From assembly GCA_963664115.2 (NCBI GenBank), contig CAXWPJ010000010.1, positions 64,001 to 128,000 of the forward strand: 64,000 bases of DNA, in the 5' to 3' direction. The position numbers were made by a program, and so were the translations under genes. The DNA is from Terriglobia bacterium (GTDB lineage Bacteria; Acidobacteriota; Terriglobia; 20CM-2-55-15). Positions 39,292 through 48,137 of the stretch are shown here, one piece after another. Position 1 is the stretch's first letter, and each line of letters opens with the position of its first letter. Below the pieces are notes generated by a model. It had not been told where the DNA came from, searched no databases, and was given only the letters and a program-made list of their open reading frames with translations.

Positions 39292-40566
39292 CTATACCTC
39301 ATGGGTATGCGCGCCGGGATCCGCCGGTTGTAGCTCCTGTAGCTTCAACTGGTAGGCTCCTTGCGTCACCACACGCTCGCCCGGTTCCACGCCGGTCAAT
39401 ATCGACACTTCATCGCCGTAGCGCTCTCCCAGAACGACGTTACGGCGTTCGAACTCTTCGCCCGAGAGCAGGACATAAACAATGTCGCGGCCCTCGTGTT
39501 CCATAACGGCTTCAGCCGCAATCGAAACGACTCCCCGCGGAGGTCCGGTAGCCAATCGAATGTTGGCCTGCATACCAATGCGAAGCCGGCCATCCCGATT
39601 CGGTATCGAAAATATCACCGTCGCCGTTCGGGTCTCCTCATCAATGCGCGCACTCACATCCACGAGTTCACCTACGAACTCGACGCCCGGGTAAGCGATC
39701 GTCTCGAAGATCACCTCACCGGTATCGAGCACAGCAGCGAGATCCTTTTCAAAGATCGGGGCTTCGACCCAGACCACGTCGAGGTTCACGATGTCGAGCA
39801 CTGGCTCTCCGGGTTGAACCAGCTCACCCACCTCTTTAAAAATCTGGTTAACGCGGCCTGCGATCGGAGCGGAAAGCACCTGGCGCGGTGCCGTTGTTCG
39901 CATGGCGTTATCCAGATTTGGGGCCTCGGCGAGTGCGGCTAACTGTTCGGAGTAGGAGGCAACGACGGACTCGGCTGCATCGTATTCGGTTTCCGCAGCC
40001 TCTACTGCCTGAAGTGCCATCAATTCTTCTTCGTGCAAACGTCTCGCCCGGGTCCATTCCCGCTCGGCTTGACGCAGGCGTATCTGGGCCTCGGCCCTGG
40101 ACTGCTCCAGACGACGGCGTTCCGACTCGGTGCGGATGGCCTCCAGGCGAAGCAGCGCGGCCTGAGCGGCATCCGCTACCTGGGGCATTTGCTCTATGGT
40201 CAGAACGTCCTCGCCCGAGCGCACCCGTTGTCCGAGAACCGGCAAATTCGCGTCCTTGACCAACCCCGTCACGGGAGAGGAAATGATCGCCGTGTAATTG
40301 TCTGCGGGTACAACGCGGCCTACCGCGCGAACCTGAGGCGACAGTTCCCGACGCTGGGCCTCGGCAAGCTTCATACCGATGAGCCACTGCTGCTCCATCA
40401 AAAAGGTCACGGTACCGTTCGACGCCGGCTCGCCGGCCTCTTCCTCCGCAACGAGTTCCACAGCCTGATTCCGGTAGAGCGTCACCAGCAGCGCCAGAAT
40501 TGCGACTCCCATCAAGGCAATCCATATGGGCCCGGACCGGCGTCGTATCGCATTGGATTCCGTCAT
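39292..40566 (-). CDS. RND periplasmic adaptor (CusB/CzcB-like)
   Basis: N-terminal TM, coiled coil, SAPIAG and GERVVTQGAYQL; GAHTHEV tail; GGAGG before ATG 40566. Confidence 0.92.
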   Translation of the reverse strand: MTESNAIRRRSGPIWIALMGVAILALLVTLYRNQAVELVAEEEAGEPASNGTVTFLMEQQWLIGMKLAEAQRRELSPQVRAVGRVVPADNYTAIISSPVTGLVKDANLPVLGQRVRSGEDVLTIEQMPQVADAAQAALLRLEAIRTESERRRLEQSRAEAQIRLRQAEREWTRARRLHEEELMALQAVEAAETEYDAAESVVASYSEQLAALAEAPNLDNAMRTTAPRQVLSAPIAGRVNQIFKEVGELVQPGEPVLDIVNLDVVWVEAPIFEKDLAAVLDTGEVIFETIAYPGVEFVGELVDVSARIDEETRTATVIFSIPNRDGRLRIGMQANIRLATGPPRGVVSIAAEAVMEHEGRDIVYVLLSGEEFERRNVVLGERYGDEVSILTGVEPGERVVTQGAYQLKLQELQPADPGAHTHEV

Positions 40567-40595
40567 GTCGTCTATTCCTCCAGTTCTCCTATTTT

Positions 40596-41042
40596 TCACT
40601 CCACCTCAAATCCGCTAAGAGTCATCAGCTCGTCGATCCCGTCGTTCTGAACCCGAAACTCAATGTCGTAAATCCCGGGGTTTGGCGCCGTCAACTCGGC
40701 AACGTAGATACCCGTAACCCGTCCAACCAACGCCGTCGTCCCCGCAGCCTCGTTGGCGCTGCCTTGTGACCGTAGGGACAACCGGACCTGCGCCGCCTGC
40801 ACAGGAGAACCGTCAAGGAGATCGGTCAGATGGATCAAGAACGCGCTCGTCTCACCAGATTTCAAGGGATCGTATTCGAAAAAATTCTCGATCCGGTCGG
40901 TGAACGCGGTGCGAGACAGCACCTCGGTTTCAACTTCCTCGACGACGGCAACGGGCGTTGTACACCCCGCTAGAAACACAGCACACAAAACGAGCATTGC
41001 AGCATGGGCATGGGCAGCGAGGCACAGGTCTCTAGTTTTCAC
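40596..41042 (-). CDS. Lipoprotein with a probable Ig-like (FixH/YtkA-like) domain
   Basis: LAGC lipobox; GIYVAEL..P.PGIYDIEF. Confidence 0.72.
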   Translation of the reverse strand: MKTRDLCLAAHAHAAMLVLCAVFLAGCTTPVAVVEEVETEVLSRTAFTDRIENFFEYDPLKSGETSAFLIHLTDLLDGSPVQAAQVRLSLRSQGSANEAAGTTALVGRVTGIYVAELTAPNPGIYDIEFRVQNDGIDELMTLSGFEVE

Positions 41043-41135
41043 AGTCGTCCTTTTTACGTCGGTCTGATGAGAGAGTTCATGCGTCCAGAGTGCACTGACG
41101 CACGTCAGCGCGGACGCGCCACGGCTAAGGGAAGT

Positions 41136-41615
41136 CTAAACGGGGGGAGGTCTTGAGGACAAATTCGAACCGGGCGGGTCCCGAGCCCGGTCCGGCCGGC
41201 GCGCACCCTGGCGTGCGCTCGTCTGGAACTGCGGCGTTACATCCGCGTGCGACTGAGTGGACTCTGCAACAGGAAACGGCTTGCCAGCGAGCGAAAGAAA
41301 GAGGTCGACGTGATCGCCCTTATGAGATGCAACGTCAATGAAGGGATCATCGGTTTCTCGAGCGCCTGCTCCAGCACCCTGACCAGCGAGAGAAAAATGC
41401 GAGTGCACCTGGAGCCCGTGTGCACTTCCAGCACCGTGATGCCCTTCTTCGGAATGCACATGCGAAAAGGGTGCGTAGGCAAGCGTCGATAACATGAGAA
41501 CGAGCGCTGCCAAAGAGGTGATGCAGGAAGTCACGGAGTTCACAGTGTGTTCATTATCCGTCTGACCGTAAAGCAGTGTCAATAAACCAAACTGAGCCAC
41601 CACCCGAATTAACAC
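41136..41615 (-). CDS. His-rich exported leader protein ending RDPP...RPPPV (CzcI/DUF2946-like); start uncertain, possibly 41543
   Basis: Hydrophobic stretch followed by HVHSEEGHH..HGLQVHSH; first gene of the metal efflux operon. Confidence 0.6.
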   Translation of the reverse strand: MLIRVVAQFGLLTLLYGQTDNEHTVNSVTSCITSLAALVLMLSTLAYAPFSHVHSEEGHHGAGSAHGLQVHSHFSLAGQGAGAGARETDDPFIDVASHKGDHVDLFLSLAGKPFPVAESTQSHADVTPQFQTSARQGARRPDRARDPPGSNLSSRPPPV

Positions 41616-41981
41616 TCAGTCTGGCACTATAGGTCAGCGTGCCAACCTGTCCTACCGGACGAAATTACAATCAGTTGCCAACGGTTCGCGTGAATTAACC
41701 CGAACCTGTGTCCCCAATTTCTTACCCATCCGCAGGGCGCCGGAAAGTGATGCATCCAGATGTCAACCCCCGACACGATGATTTTTCAGAACTTGACCTC
41801 TCAAAACTACGGCACAAGCACGCGCACTTTTCGTTTCTCAAACCACTTCCCTCTGGTGATGGTCTCGTGTGACGGGATCTCGTCTGTCGTGTCTCCTTGA
41901 TCGAGACAGAATTTCGCCAGACAATGAACCCTATTCTTTAACAAAGCGCGCTTGTCGCGACTACGCTTCGGGAGACCCAAC

Positions 41982-42437
41982 ATGGAGAAGACGATTTCGC
42001 AGTTACTTGGGGACTTTGACCATGGCAAACTTACTCGGCGGCAACTGATTCAGGCGCTCACCATGCTCGCCCTTGGTGGCACATCAGCAGTTGCCGCACC
42101 TCTACCCTCTCAGAATATTGACCACGTGTCGGTGCTTGTCTCAGACCTTGCTCGTTCGATTGACTTCTACCAGAACGTGTTTGGGCTCTCTATCGCGAAT
42201 CGAGACGACGCCAATCAAATCGTGCGATTGAGTGCGGAAGGTAAGATGATCGTTTCGCTGCGGCAAGAGGCTCCTCCGGGACGGATCGACCACTTCGCAA
42301 TTAACGTCGCAGGAACTGATCGAGAATCAGTCACCCGAGACCTGCGTGATGCAAACCTGACACCGCAGGAAAATCTCGAATTTGGTTTTCACGTTACCGA
42401 CCCTGATGGTGCAGTAGTGCAGATTTCGGGTGTCTGA
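41982..42437 (+). CDS. VOC/glyoxalase-family protein with a Tat-like signal
   Basis: LTRRQLI plus hydrophobic stretch; IDHVSV, FYQNVFG, IDHFAI and DPDG. Confidence 0.82.
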   Translation: MEKTISQLLGDFDHGKLTRRQLIQALTMLALGGTSAVAAPLPSQNIDHVSVLVSDLARSIDFYQNVFGLSIANRDDANQIVRLSAEGKMIVSLRQEAPPGRIDHFAINVAGTDRESVTRDLRDANLTPQENLEFGFHVTDPDGAVVQISGV

Positions 42438-42839
42438 ACAAGCAAGATCGAAGTCCAGTCAGCAGCGACCAGTTTTCTCAACCCGTCGGCGGCAGCCGTG
42501 TCACCCTGGGATGTGCGCTGTCACCGCAATGGACGCCGAGGCGCATTCTCGCGTTGCGAACTGAGAAACCCGCGTATTTCAGCTAATTCTCAACTTCCGT
42601 AGTCGAGGGGCGGGCAAACGGCTGGATCAACCCGAGAGTGCCGCAACTCGACTAATACCGGAATTCGACGTATCCTTTGGCTGGCCGGGAGGCACACGGG
42701 CCAAGCAAATCCTGTGAGTTCGTGGTGTAGGGATCCAGAAACAGAAATCGGTTCGTGCACCGTCGACGTGCTTCGACCCGACAACGCAGCCACAATTCAT
42801 TCTATCGAGCAAGACACCTCATAGCTCTTGGAGAAGGAG

Positions 42840-43703
42840 ATGAGCGGACCCAGCACTGTCCATTCAAAATGGACGCCTTACTTGTTGAGCACTCTTAGGA
42901 TCGTCATTGGGCTTACGCTCATCCGGCATGGCCTGCAGAATCTGTTCGGCTTTCCCGGCGAGACGGACCCCAACTTTCAGGCAGTTCTCGGTGGACTGGG
43001 AGGCATGCTTGCATTCCCCGGCGGTCTGTTATTGATCCTGGGGCTTTTCACACGCCCCGCGGCACTCATACTTTCGGCCGTGATGGCCATGGCTTATTTC
43101 CTGGGATCGTTCCAACAGGGCTACCTGTGGACCTTTTTGAATGGGGGGGAGCCTGTTGTCTACTATTGCGTCGTCTTTCTCTTCCTTGCTGCAGCCGGTG
43201 GCGGATCGCTGAGCCTTGATCGAGTGTTGTCACGCAAAGGCAGCGATGACGCCCTCTACGCCTTGCCCGAGTGGGCGCCGTACCTTCTCAGTGTCGCTCG
43301 AGCCGTTATCGGTTTCCTGTTTGTTCAGCACGGCACGGAAAAGCTCTTTGCCTTCCCAGGCGGTACAGTGGATCACAATTTTGCGGCAATTCGCGCATGG
43401 GCCGGCCCCATTGAGACCATTGGAGGCATCCTGATCCTGCTCGGTCTCCTGACCCGTCCGACCGCTTTCATCCTTGCCGGTCATATGGCTGCCGCGTATT
43501 TCATACGCTTTCCGGCCCGAGGTGTTTGGAACAGTTTGATCCTCAGCGAGGCGGCAACCTACTTCTGCTGGTTTTACCTATTCATGTCCTCTGCCGGCGG
43601 CGGGCCGTGGAGTCTCGACGCTTTCATTAGCCGCAGGCGGAGCCGTCAGGCCGTTTCCCTCTCAGACGAAAAATTGAAGGAGCAAGCCATTCAAACTGAA
43701 TGA
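42840..43703 (+). CDS. Tandem two-domain DoxX-family membrane protein
   Basis: Two repeats of W.PYLLS..R..IG....HG...LF.FP...LGL.TRP.A...GGG..SLD. Confidence 0.85.
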   Translation: MSGPSTVHSKWTPYLLSTLRIVIGLTLIRHGLQNLFGFPGETDPNFQAVLGGLGGMLAFPGGLLLILGLFTRPAALILSAVMAMAYFLGSFQQGYLWTFLNGGEPVVYYCVVFLFLAAAGGGSLSLDRVLSRKGSDDALYALPEWAPYLLSVARAVIGFLFVQHGTEKLFAFPGGTVDHNFAAIRAWAGPIETIGGILILLGLLTRPTAFILAGHMAAAYFIRFPARGVWNSLILSEAATYFCWFYLFMSSAGGGPWSLDAFISRRRSRQAVSLSDEKLKEQAIQTE

Positions 43704-43765
43704 GCGCATGCCATCCAAGGGATTCGCTCGGGAGGAGTGAGCAAAGGCTATCCACCGATGTTCAG

Positions 43766-43794
43766 TTGACAATGCCCGTGGGACGCAGTAAACA
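43766..43794 (+). promoter_or_regulatory. Sigma70-like promoter TTGACA-N17-TAAACA
   Basis: Consensus -35 with 17-bp spacer upstream of the flavoprotein operon. Confidence 0.55.
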
Positions 43795-43954
43795 CAGAGC
43801 ATTGTTCTGACTTAAGTAATAGGTGGTCGAGCGCCACCTCTGGTTGGAGGCTCTCGAATCGGGAAGGCTTGGTTCGAAAGCCGTTTCAGAGATGGCTCTT
43901 TGTCACTGATCAGCGAGCAGGGTTGCCGGTGGCGACCACTGGGGAGGACGAGAG

Positions 43955-46042
43955 ATGGCCAAGCAACGCGACAATAAGCGGAACGATCCAAAGCTTCAGA
44001 ACAAGAACGGTCTCAACAGACGAGATTTCGTCAAAACAGGGGCTGCCGCCGGGCTGGGTGCGGCCGCGCTGTTCGAGCCAGAAAAGGCGCAAGCGCAAGG
44101 CTCCGCGACTGGCGCCGAAGGCATCGTATGGGACTATGAAGTGGATGTTGTCATCGCGGGGGGCGGGTGCGCAGGCCTGACTGCGGCCATTCGGGCGAGG
44201 GATCTCGGGGCCAGCGTGCTGGTGGTCGATCAGAATTTCGATCTTGGCGGCAGAATGTTGCACAGCGGGTCCTTCGTGTCGCTGGGCGGCGGCGACCCGG
44301 TCCAGCTCAGGGATATGCATGGCCAGAGTGACAAAGAGGGCTTCGTCACCGTAGATGCGGTCGAGGATCCGGAAGAACTTGACGACAGTATCGATCTCCT
44401 GTTCACCGACATCACCGACTGGTCGGTCGTCGACCCCAAGTCCCAGAGCCCTTACAGGTACAACGAGCGGGAGTTGGTGCGCGCTTGGGCCGAAAACTGC
44501 CCGGCCACCCGGCAGTTCCTGATCGACAACTATGTCCGGTTCACGCGGGTGAGCGGCACGCATGGCGGCGGCGGTTTGTCGCGCGCTCGAGGCGCGCGAT
44601 GCTTCCTCATGCTGGGCGACAAGACGGACATGAAGGCGGGAACCATCACCGCGGAGGATGCCGGCCGCGCCGATCCCGAGCGCACGAGCGCATTCGCACC
44701 GGTGCAGATGACGGATGCGAGCCGCTTTGCCGGACCCAACGCCGTAGGAAACGGAGTTGCCCTCTCCCGGCCGCTGGAGTTCTCGGCCCGTGAGAAAGGC
44801 GTGGAGTTCATGCTTCACCGTCGTTTTGACGATCTCGTGCGGGAGCAGCCATCCTCGGGCAGAATTCTGGGGATCAGGGCGCAATATTCGCCGCGGCGGC
44901 ACCCTGAGACCGGCGACCTTATGCAGAGCTATTGGCAGAACGGCAATATCGACGAGCAGCGGGAGACGGTGAACATCAGGGCTCGCCGGGGGGTCGTCCT
45001 CGCCAGCGGCGGTCACGCGGGCAATCCTGAGGTACGCAGCATGTTCTACCCTGCCTTCCGGGAACCCGCCTTCCCGACCAGCGGTGTGGCCCTGCAGGGC
45101 CCCCATGGTCAGGACGCAAGCGCCCTCAAGGCCGGCCTGAGGATTGGCGCCAACCTCGCGGGCATGCAGCAGAACCTCTCCTATGGCACGACGTTCCACA
45201 TCTCCACGCGACTGGGCACTCGGGATGCGTATACCACAATGATGCCCGGTCACCCGACTTTCGGCTTCCGCGGCTCGGCAGGGATCAATGTCGGCAACGC
45301 CGGCTTCGAAGAGTTCATCGCGGTGAACCAGGTGGGGAAGCGATTCTTCAGCGAGGTCCGCCTTCCCATCCGGCCCGGTTTAAACCGGTATCCCGGCGAC
45401 GGTGGCGCCCCGGGCCAGGGGCTTGACCACACGCCGCTCGACTGGCGCAATTGCCGGAAGGAGTGGGTCAGGCAGATGTATAGCTATGACCACGGCCTCG
45501 ACGCCGCGCTGGCAATAAACGAAGGATCGGAGCCTCCCGACTACTTCTCCGGTCCGCTTTGGGCGATCTTCGACCAGGATGCAGTCGAGCGCACCGGCTG
45601 GGAGCTTTGGTACCCCTATGTGTCCGACAACGGCTATTTCTTTAAAGCCGATACCATCGAGGATCTGGCCGCACAGATTGCCGCGGGCCACGAGTTCCAG
45701 CGCATGCCGCTAAAATATCTGGCCGAGACTGTGGCCACCTGGAACGGTTATGTGGATGCCGGTGCCGACCCCGAATTCGAGCGCGACGCCGATGCGCCTA
45801 TGAACCCCGTCGAGACGCCGCCATTCTATGCCCTCTCGATCATGGTGATCTGGCATGATTCCTACGGCGGCCTGCGGGTCAACGGCCGGCAGCAGGTCAT
45901 AGATATGGCCGGCCAGGTCATTCCCGGTCTCTATGCCGGCGGGGAGGCCGTGGGCGGCTTCAACAAGCACGGCTTGGGCAAAGGTCACGTCCATGGTTAT
46001 ATCGCCGGGACGCATGCGGTCGAAGAGCCCTCCACCGAGTAG
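43955..46042 (+). CDS. Tat-exported FAD-binding oxidoreductase (flavocytochrome c / fumarate-reductase-like superfamily)
   Basis: NRRDFVK Tat signal; DVVIAGGGCAG, LASGG, GGLRVN and IPGLYAGGE. Confidence 0.88.
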   Translation: MAKQRDNKRNDPKLQNKNGLNRRDFVKTGAAAGLGAAALFEPEKAQAQGSATGAEGIVWDYEVDVVIAGGGCAGLTAAIRARDLGASVLVVDQNFDLGGRMLHSGSFVSLGGGDPVQLRDMHGQSDKEGFVTVDAVEDPEELDDSIDLLFTDITDWSVVDPKSQSPYRYNERELVRAWAENCPATRQFLIDNYVRFTRVSGTHGGGGLSRARGARCFLMLGDKTDMKAGTITAEDAGRADPERTSAFAPVQMTDASRFAGPNAVGNGVALSRPLEFSAREKGVEFMLHRRFDDLVREQPSSGRILGIRAQYSPRRHPETGDLMQSYWQNGNIDEQRETVNIRARRGVVLASGGHAGNPEVRSMFYPAFREPAFPTSGVALQGPHGQDASALKAGLRIGANLAGMQQNLSYGTTFHISTRLGTRDAYTTMMPGHPTFGFRGSAGINVGNAGFEEFIAVNQVGKRFFSEVRLPIRPGLNRYPGDGGAPGQGLDHTPLDWRNCRKEWVRQMYSYDHGLDAALAINEGSEPPDYFSGPLWAIFDQDAVERTGWELWYPYVSDNGYFFKADTIEDLAAQIAAGHEFQRMPLKYLAETVATWNGYVDAGADPEFERDADAPMNPVETPPFYALSIMVIWHDSYGGLRVNGRQQVIDMAGQVIPGLYAGGEAVGGFNKHGLGKGHVHGYIAGTHAVEEPSTE

Positions 46043-46054
46043 TCACATTCAATT

Positions 46055-46076
46055 CCGGTGGGGGTTACCCCACCGG
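46055..46076. other. Intergenic GC hairpin
   Basis: CCGGTGGGG-gtta-CCCCACCGG. Confidence 0.6.
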
Positions 46077-46091
46077 TAGAACTCACCGCCC

Positions 46092-47036
46092 ATGACTCCG
46101 GAAGACGATATGACCCCCAAGATCAGCGTGTTGAGCTGCGAGATGTCGCCTGGTGAGGTCGATGCCGGCGCCGACATGACTCTGAAGGGCAAAGTCTCAT
46201 GCTCCCCTGCAGCAGATCTGCGGGGAACAACTTTCATGATCAAGGACCAGGACGGCGCTTTTGCGGAGAGCATTGAGCTCACCGAATTCGACGGTGAGAG
46301 CAACGAGACCCGTGAATTCGTGTTGAAGGCGCCCCTCGGGCCGGGGGCCTACACCTGGCTGGCCGTCTGCCCGGCGGATGCGAAGCCAAGTATTTCGCTT
46401 GAGGAAACGTCAGCACCGTTTTCATTCACCGTCATAGCGCACAGGATGCAGGTCGTCGTCTGGGACGCGCCGTCGACCATCGAATGCGGCCAGCGGTTCA
46501 GCATCAAGATCGGGGTCAAGTGCTCCTCCGATTGCCGACCCGACGGTTGGGCGCTGGAGGTATGCGACCACGACAAGAATAAGCTCGCGAGGGCCACCCT
46601 GAACGACGAACCCTGGCACGACACTACCGCCCTTTACTATGCGGAGGTAGACCTGAGGGCCCCTGACACGGAGGGACTCTATGCATGGGAAGCCAAGTCT
46701 GACGCGACCGGTCTGGATGTCCCGCACGCCGAGTGCGTCGCCAGTATTGGCGTGAGAGTTGTTCCCACACCCGAGTGCATCTTGACGGTCGAAGCAATCG
46801 ACATGGAAAGTCAGACTCCGGTCAAAGGCGCCAAGGTGGTTGTCCACCCCTACAGAACCCTCACGGACGAGCACGGTGTGGCTGAGGTGAGGATTCCGAA
46901 GGGCAAGTACAGGCTTTTTGTTTCCGAGAAGAATTATTTCCAGTTTCGCAGCGACGGCGACGTGCGGACTGACATAACGATCAGGGCAGAGCTTGCGTTG
47001 GACGTGGGGCTTTCGGATGCCGATATCTGGTCCTGA
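46092..47036 (+). CDS. Hypothetical protein with probable tandem Ig-like / carboxypeptidase-regulatory-like domains
   Basis: Internal repeat (LKAP..PGAYTW / LRAP..EGLYAW); PVKGAKV..TDEHGVA..GKYRL. Confidence 0.72.
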   Translation: MTPEDDMTPKISVLSCEMSPGEVDAGADMTLKGKVSCSPAADLRGTTFMIKDQDGAFAESIELTEFDGESNETREFVLKAPLGPGAYTWLAVCPADAKPSISLEETSAPFSFTVIAHRMQVVVWDAPSTIECGQRFSIKIGVKCSSDCRPDGWALEVCDHDKNKLARATLNDEPWHDTTALYYAEVDLRAPDTEGLYAWEAKSDATGLDVPHAECVASIGVRVVPTPECILTVEAIDMESQTPVKGAKVVVHPYRTLTDEHGVAEVRIPKGKYRLFVSEKNYFQFRSDGDVRTDITIRAELALDVGLSDADIWS

Positions 47037-47072
47037 TAGACGAAGCCGCCACGAATCAGGAGAGGAAGTCCG

Positions 47073-47825
47073 ATGTTGAAGATCGCGGTTGGTGTGCTCG
47101 GTCTTGCGTTTGTCATTGGACCGGTTGCCGGTGCCGGGCAAGTAATCGACACGGTCTTATTCGAGCAGGGGCAGCAACTCTACGAGGACAACTGCGCGCT
47201 TTGCCATACAGATTCCGGCACGGGGGATCCGCCAACTTTCCCGGCATTGAACGGCAATGACCAGCTCGGAGACCCTGTTCGGATCGTCATCAACATTCAC
47301 CAGGGCGAGGGCGCCATGCCTCCATTCCCTGATCTGATCGCGCAGGAAATCTCCTCACTAGCAAACTACGTTCGCAATGCGTGGGCCAACGACTTCGGCA
47401 GCGTAACCACCGAAGAAGTGGCAGCGGTACTGGAGGGACTCGCAGAAATCGGTCCGATGGCATCGGTCTGGGATGGCGTATTCACCGAGGCACAGGCAAA
47501 TCGGGGCCAGGCTGTGTATTCAGGTGCCTGCGGCGCCTGTCACGGCCGCAGGTTGAATGGCGCTCCCGACGATCCGGATATGCGGTCAACGCCTCCGCTG
47601 GCGCGGGCAACGTTCCTCCGCAACTGGGAAGGAAGATCGCTTGCCACACTGTTCGAATACACCCGGGCGAGGATGCCGGAAAGCAATCCGAGCTCTCTGA
47701 CCGACGAAGAGTATGTGGATGTCATCGCCTACATGCTCTCTGTTGGCGGGATGCCGGCGGGAGATGACGACCTCCGACCCGACCCGCAAAGTCTCGCACG
47801 CACCGTCATCCAACAGCAGCCATAA
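47073..47825 (+). CDS. Periplasmic diheme cytochrome c
   Basis: Signal peptide; CALCH and CGACH, each followed by an MP motif. Confidence 0.9.
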   Translation: MLKIAVGVLGLAFVIGPVAGAGQVIDTVLFEQGQQLYEDNCALCHTDSGTGDPPTFPALNGNDQLGDPVRIVINIHQGEGAMPPFPDLIAQEISSLANYVRNAWANDFGSVTTEEVAAVLEGLAEIGPMASVWDGVFTEAQANRGQAVYSGACGACHGRRLNGAPDDPDMRSTPPLARATFLRNWEGRSLATLFEYTRARMPESNPSSLTDEEYVDVIAYMLSVGGMPAGDDDLRPDPQSLARTVIQQQP

Positions 47826-48137
47826 AGAAGTGCAGTCAGGACAAACATGCTGACGCGGTGGCGAACGAACACAGAGCCATCAAGGAAGAGCGGTGTCTGG
47901 CTTCCGGCCCATCCGGGCGCCGGATTGCATCGGATGAAGAGACTACGGGTGGGATTTCAGGTCAATCGAAACGGCAATTCCATCCAATCATCGCATAATC
48001 GAACCCCTCTTTCTCACTTCTGGATGGTTCAACTTTCGAAAGACCTTCTCGGACCTTGAAAAACCCCAGTAATTTGTCCAACTCTTAATGTCCGAGAAGA
48101 TTGTTCGGACTTGAGAATCGTTTTCACGGTCGTTTAG

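Noticed and set aside
43910-45253. 447-aa minus-strand ORF (likewise 49634..50686, 51203..52084 and 14931..16247)
   Set aside because: Antisense to well-supported genes and without motifs.
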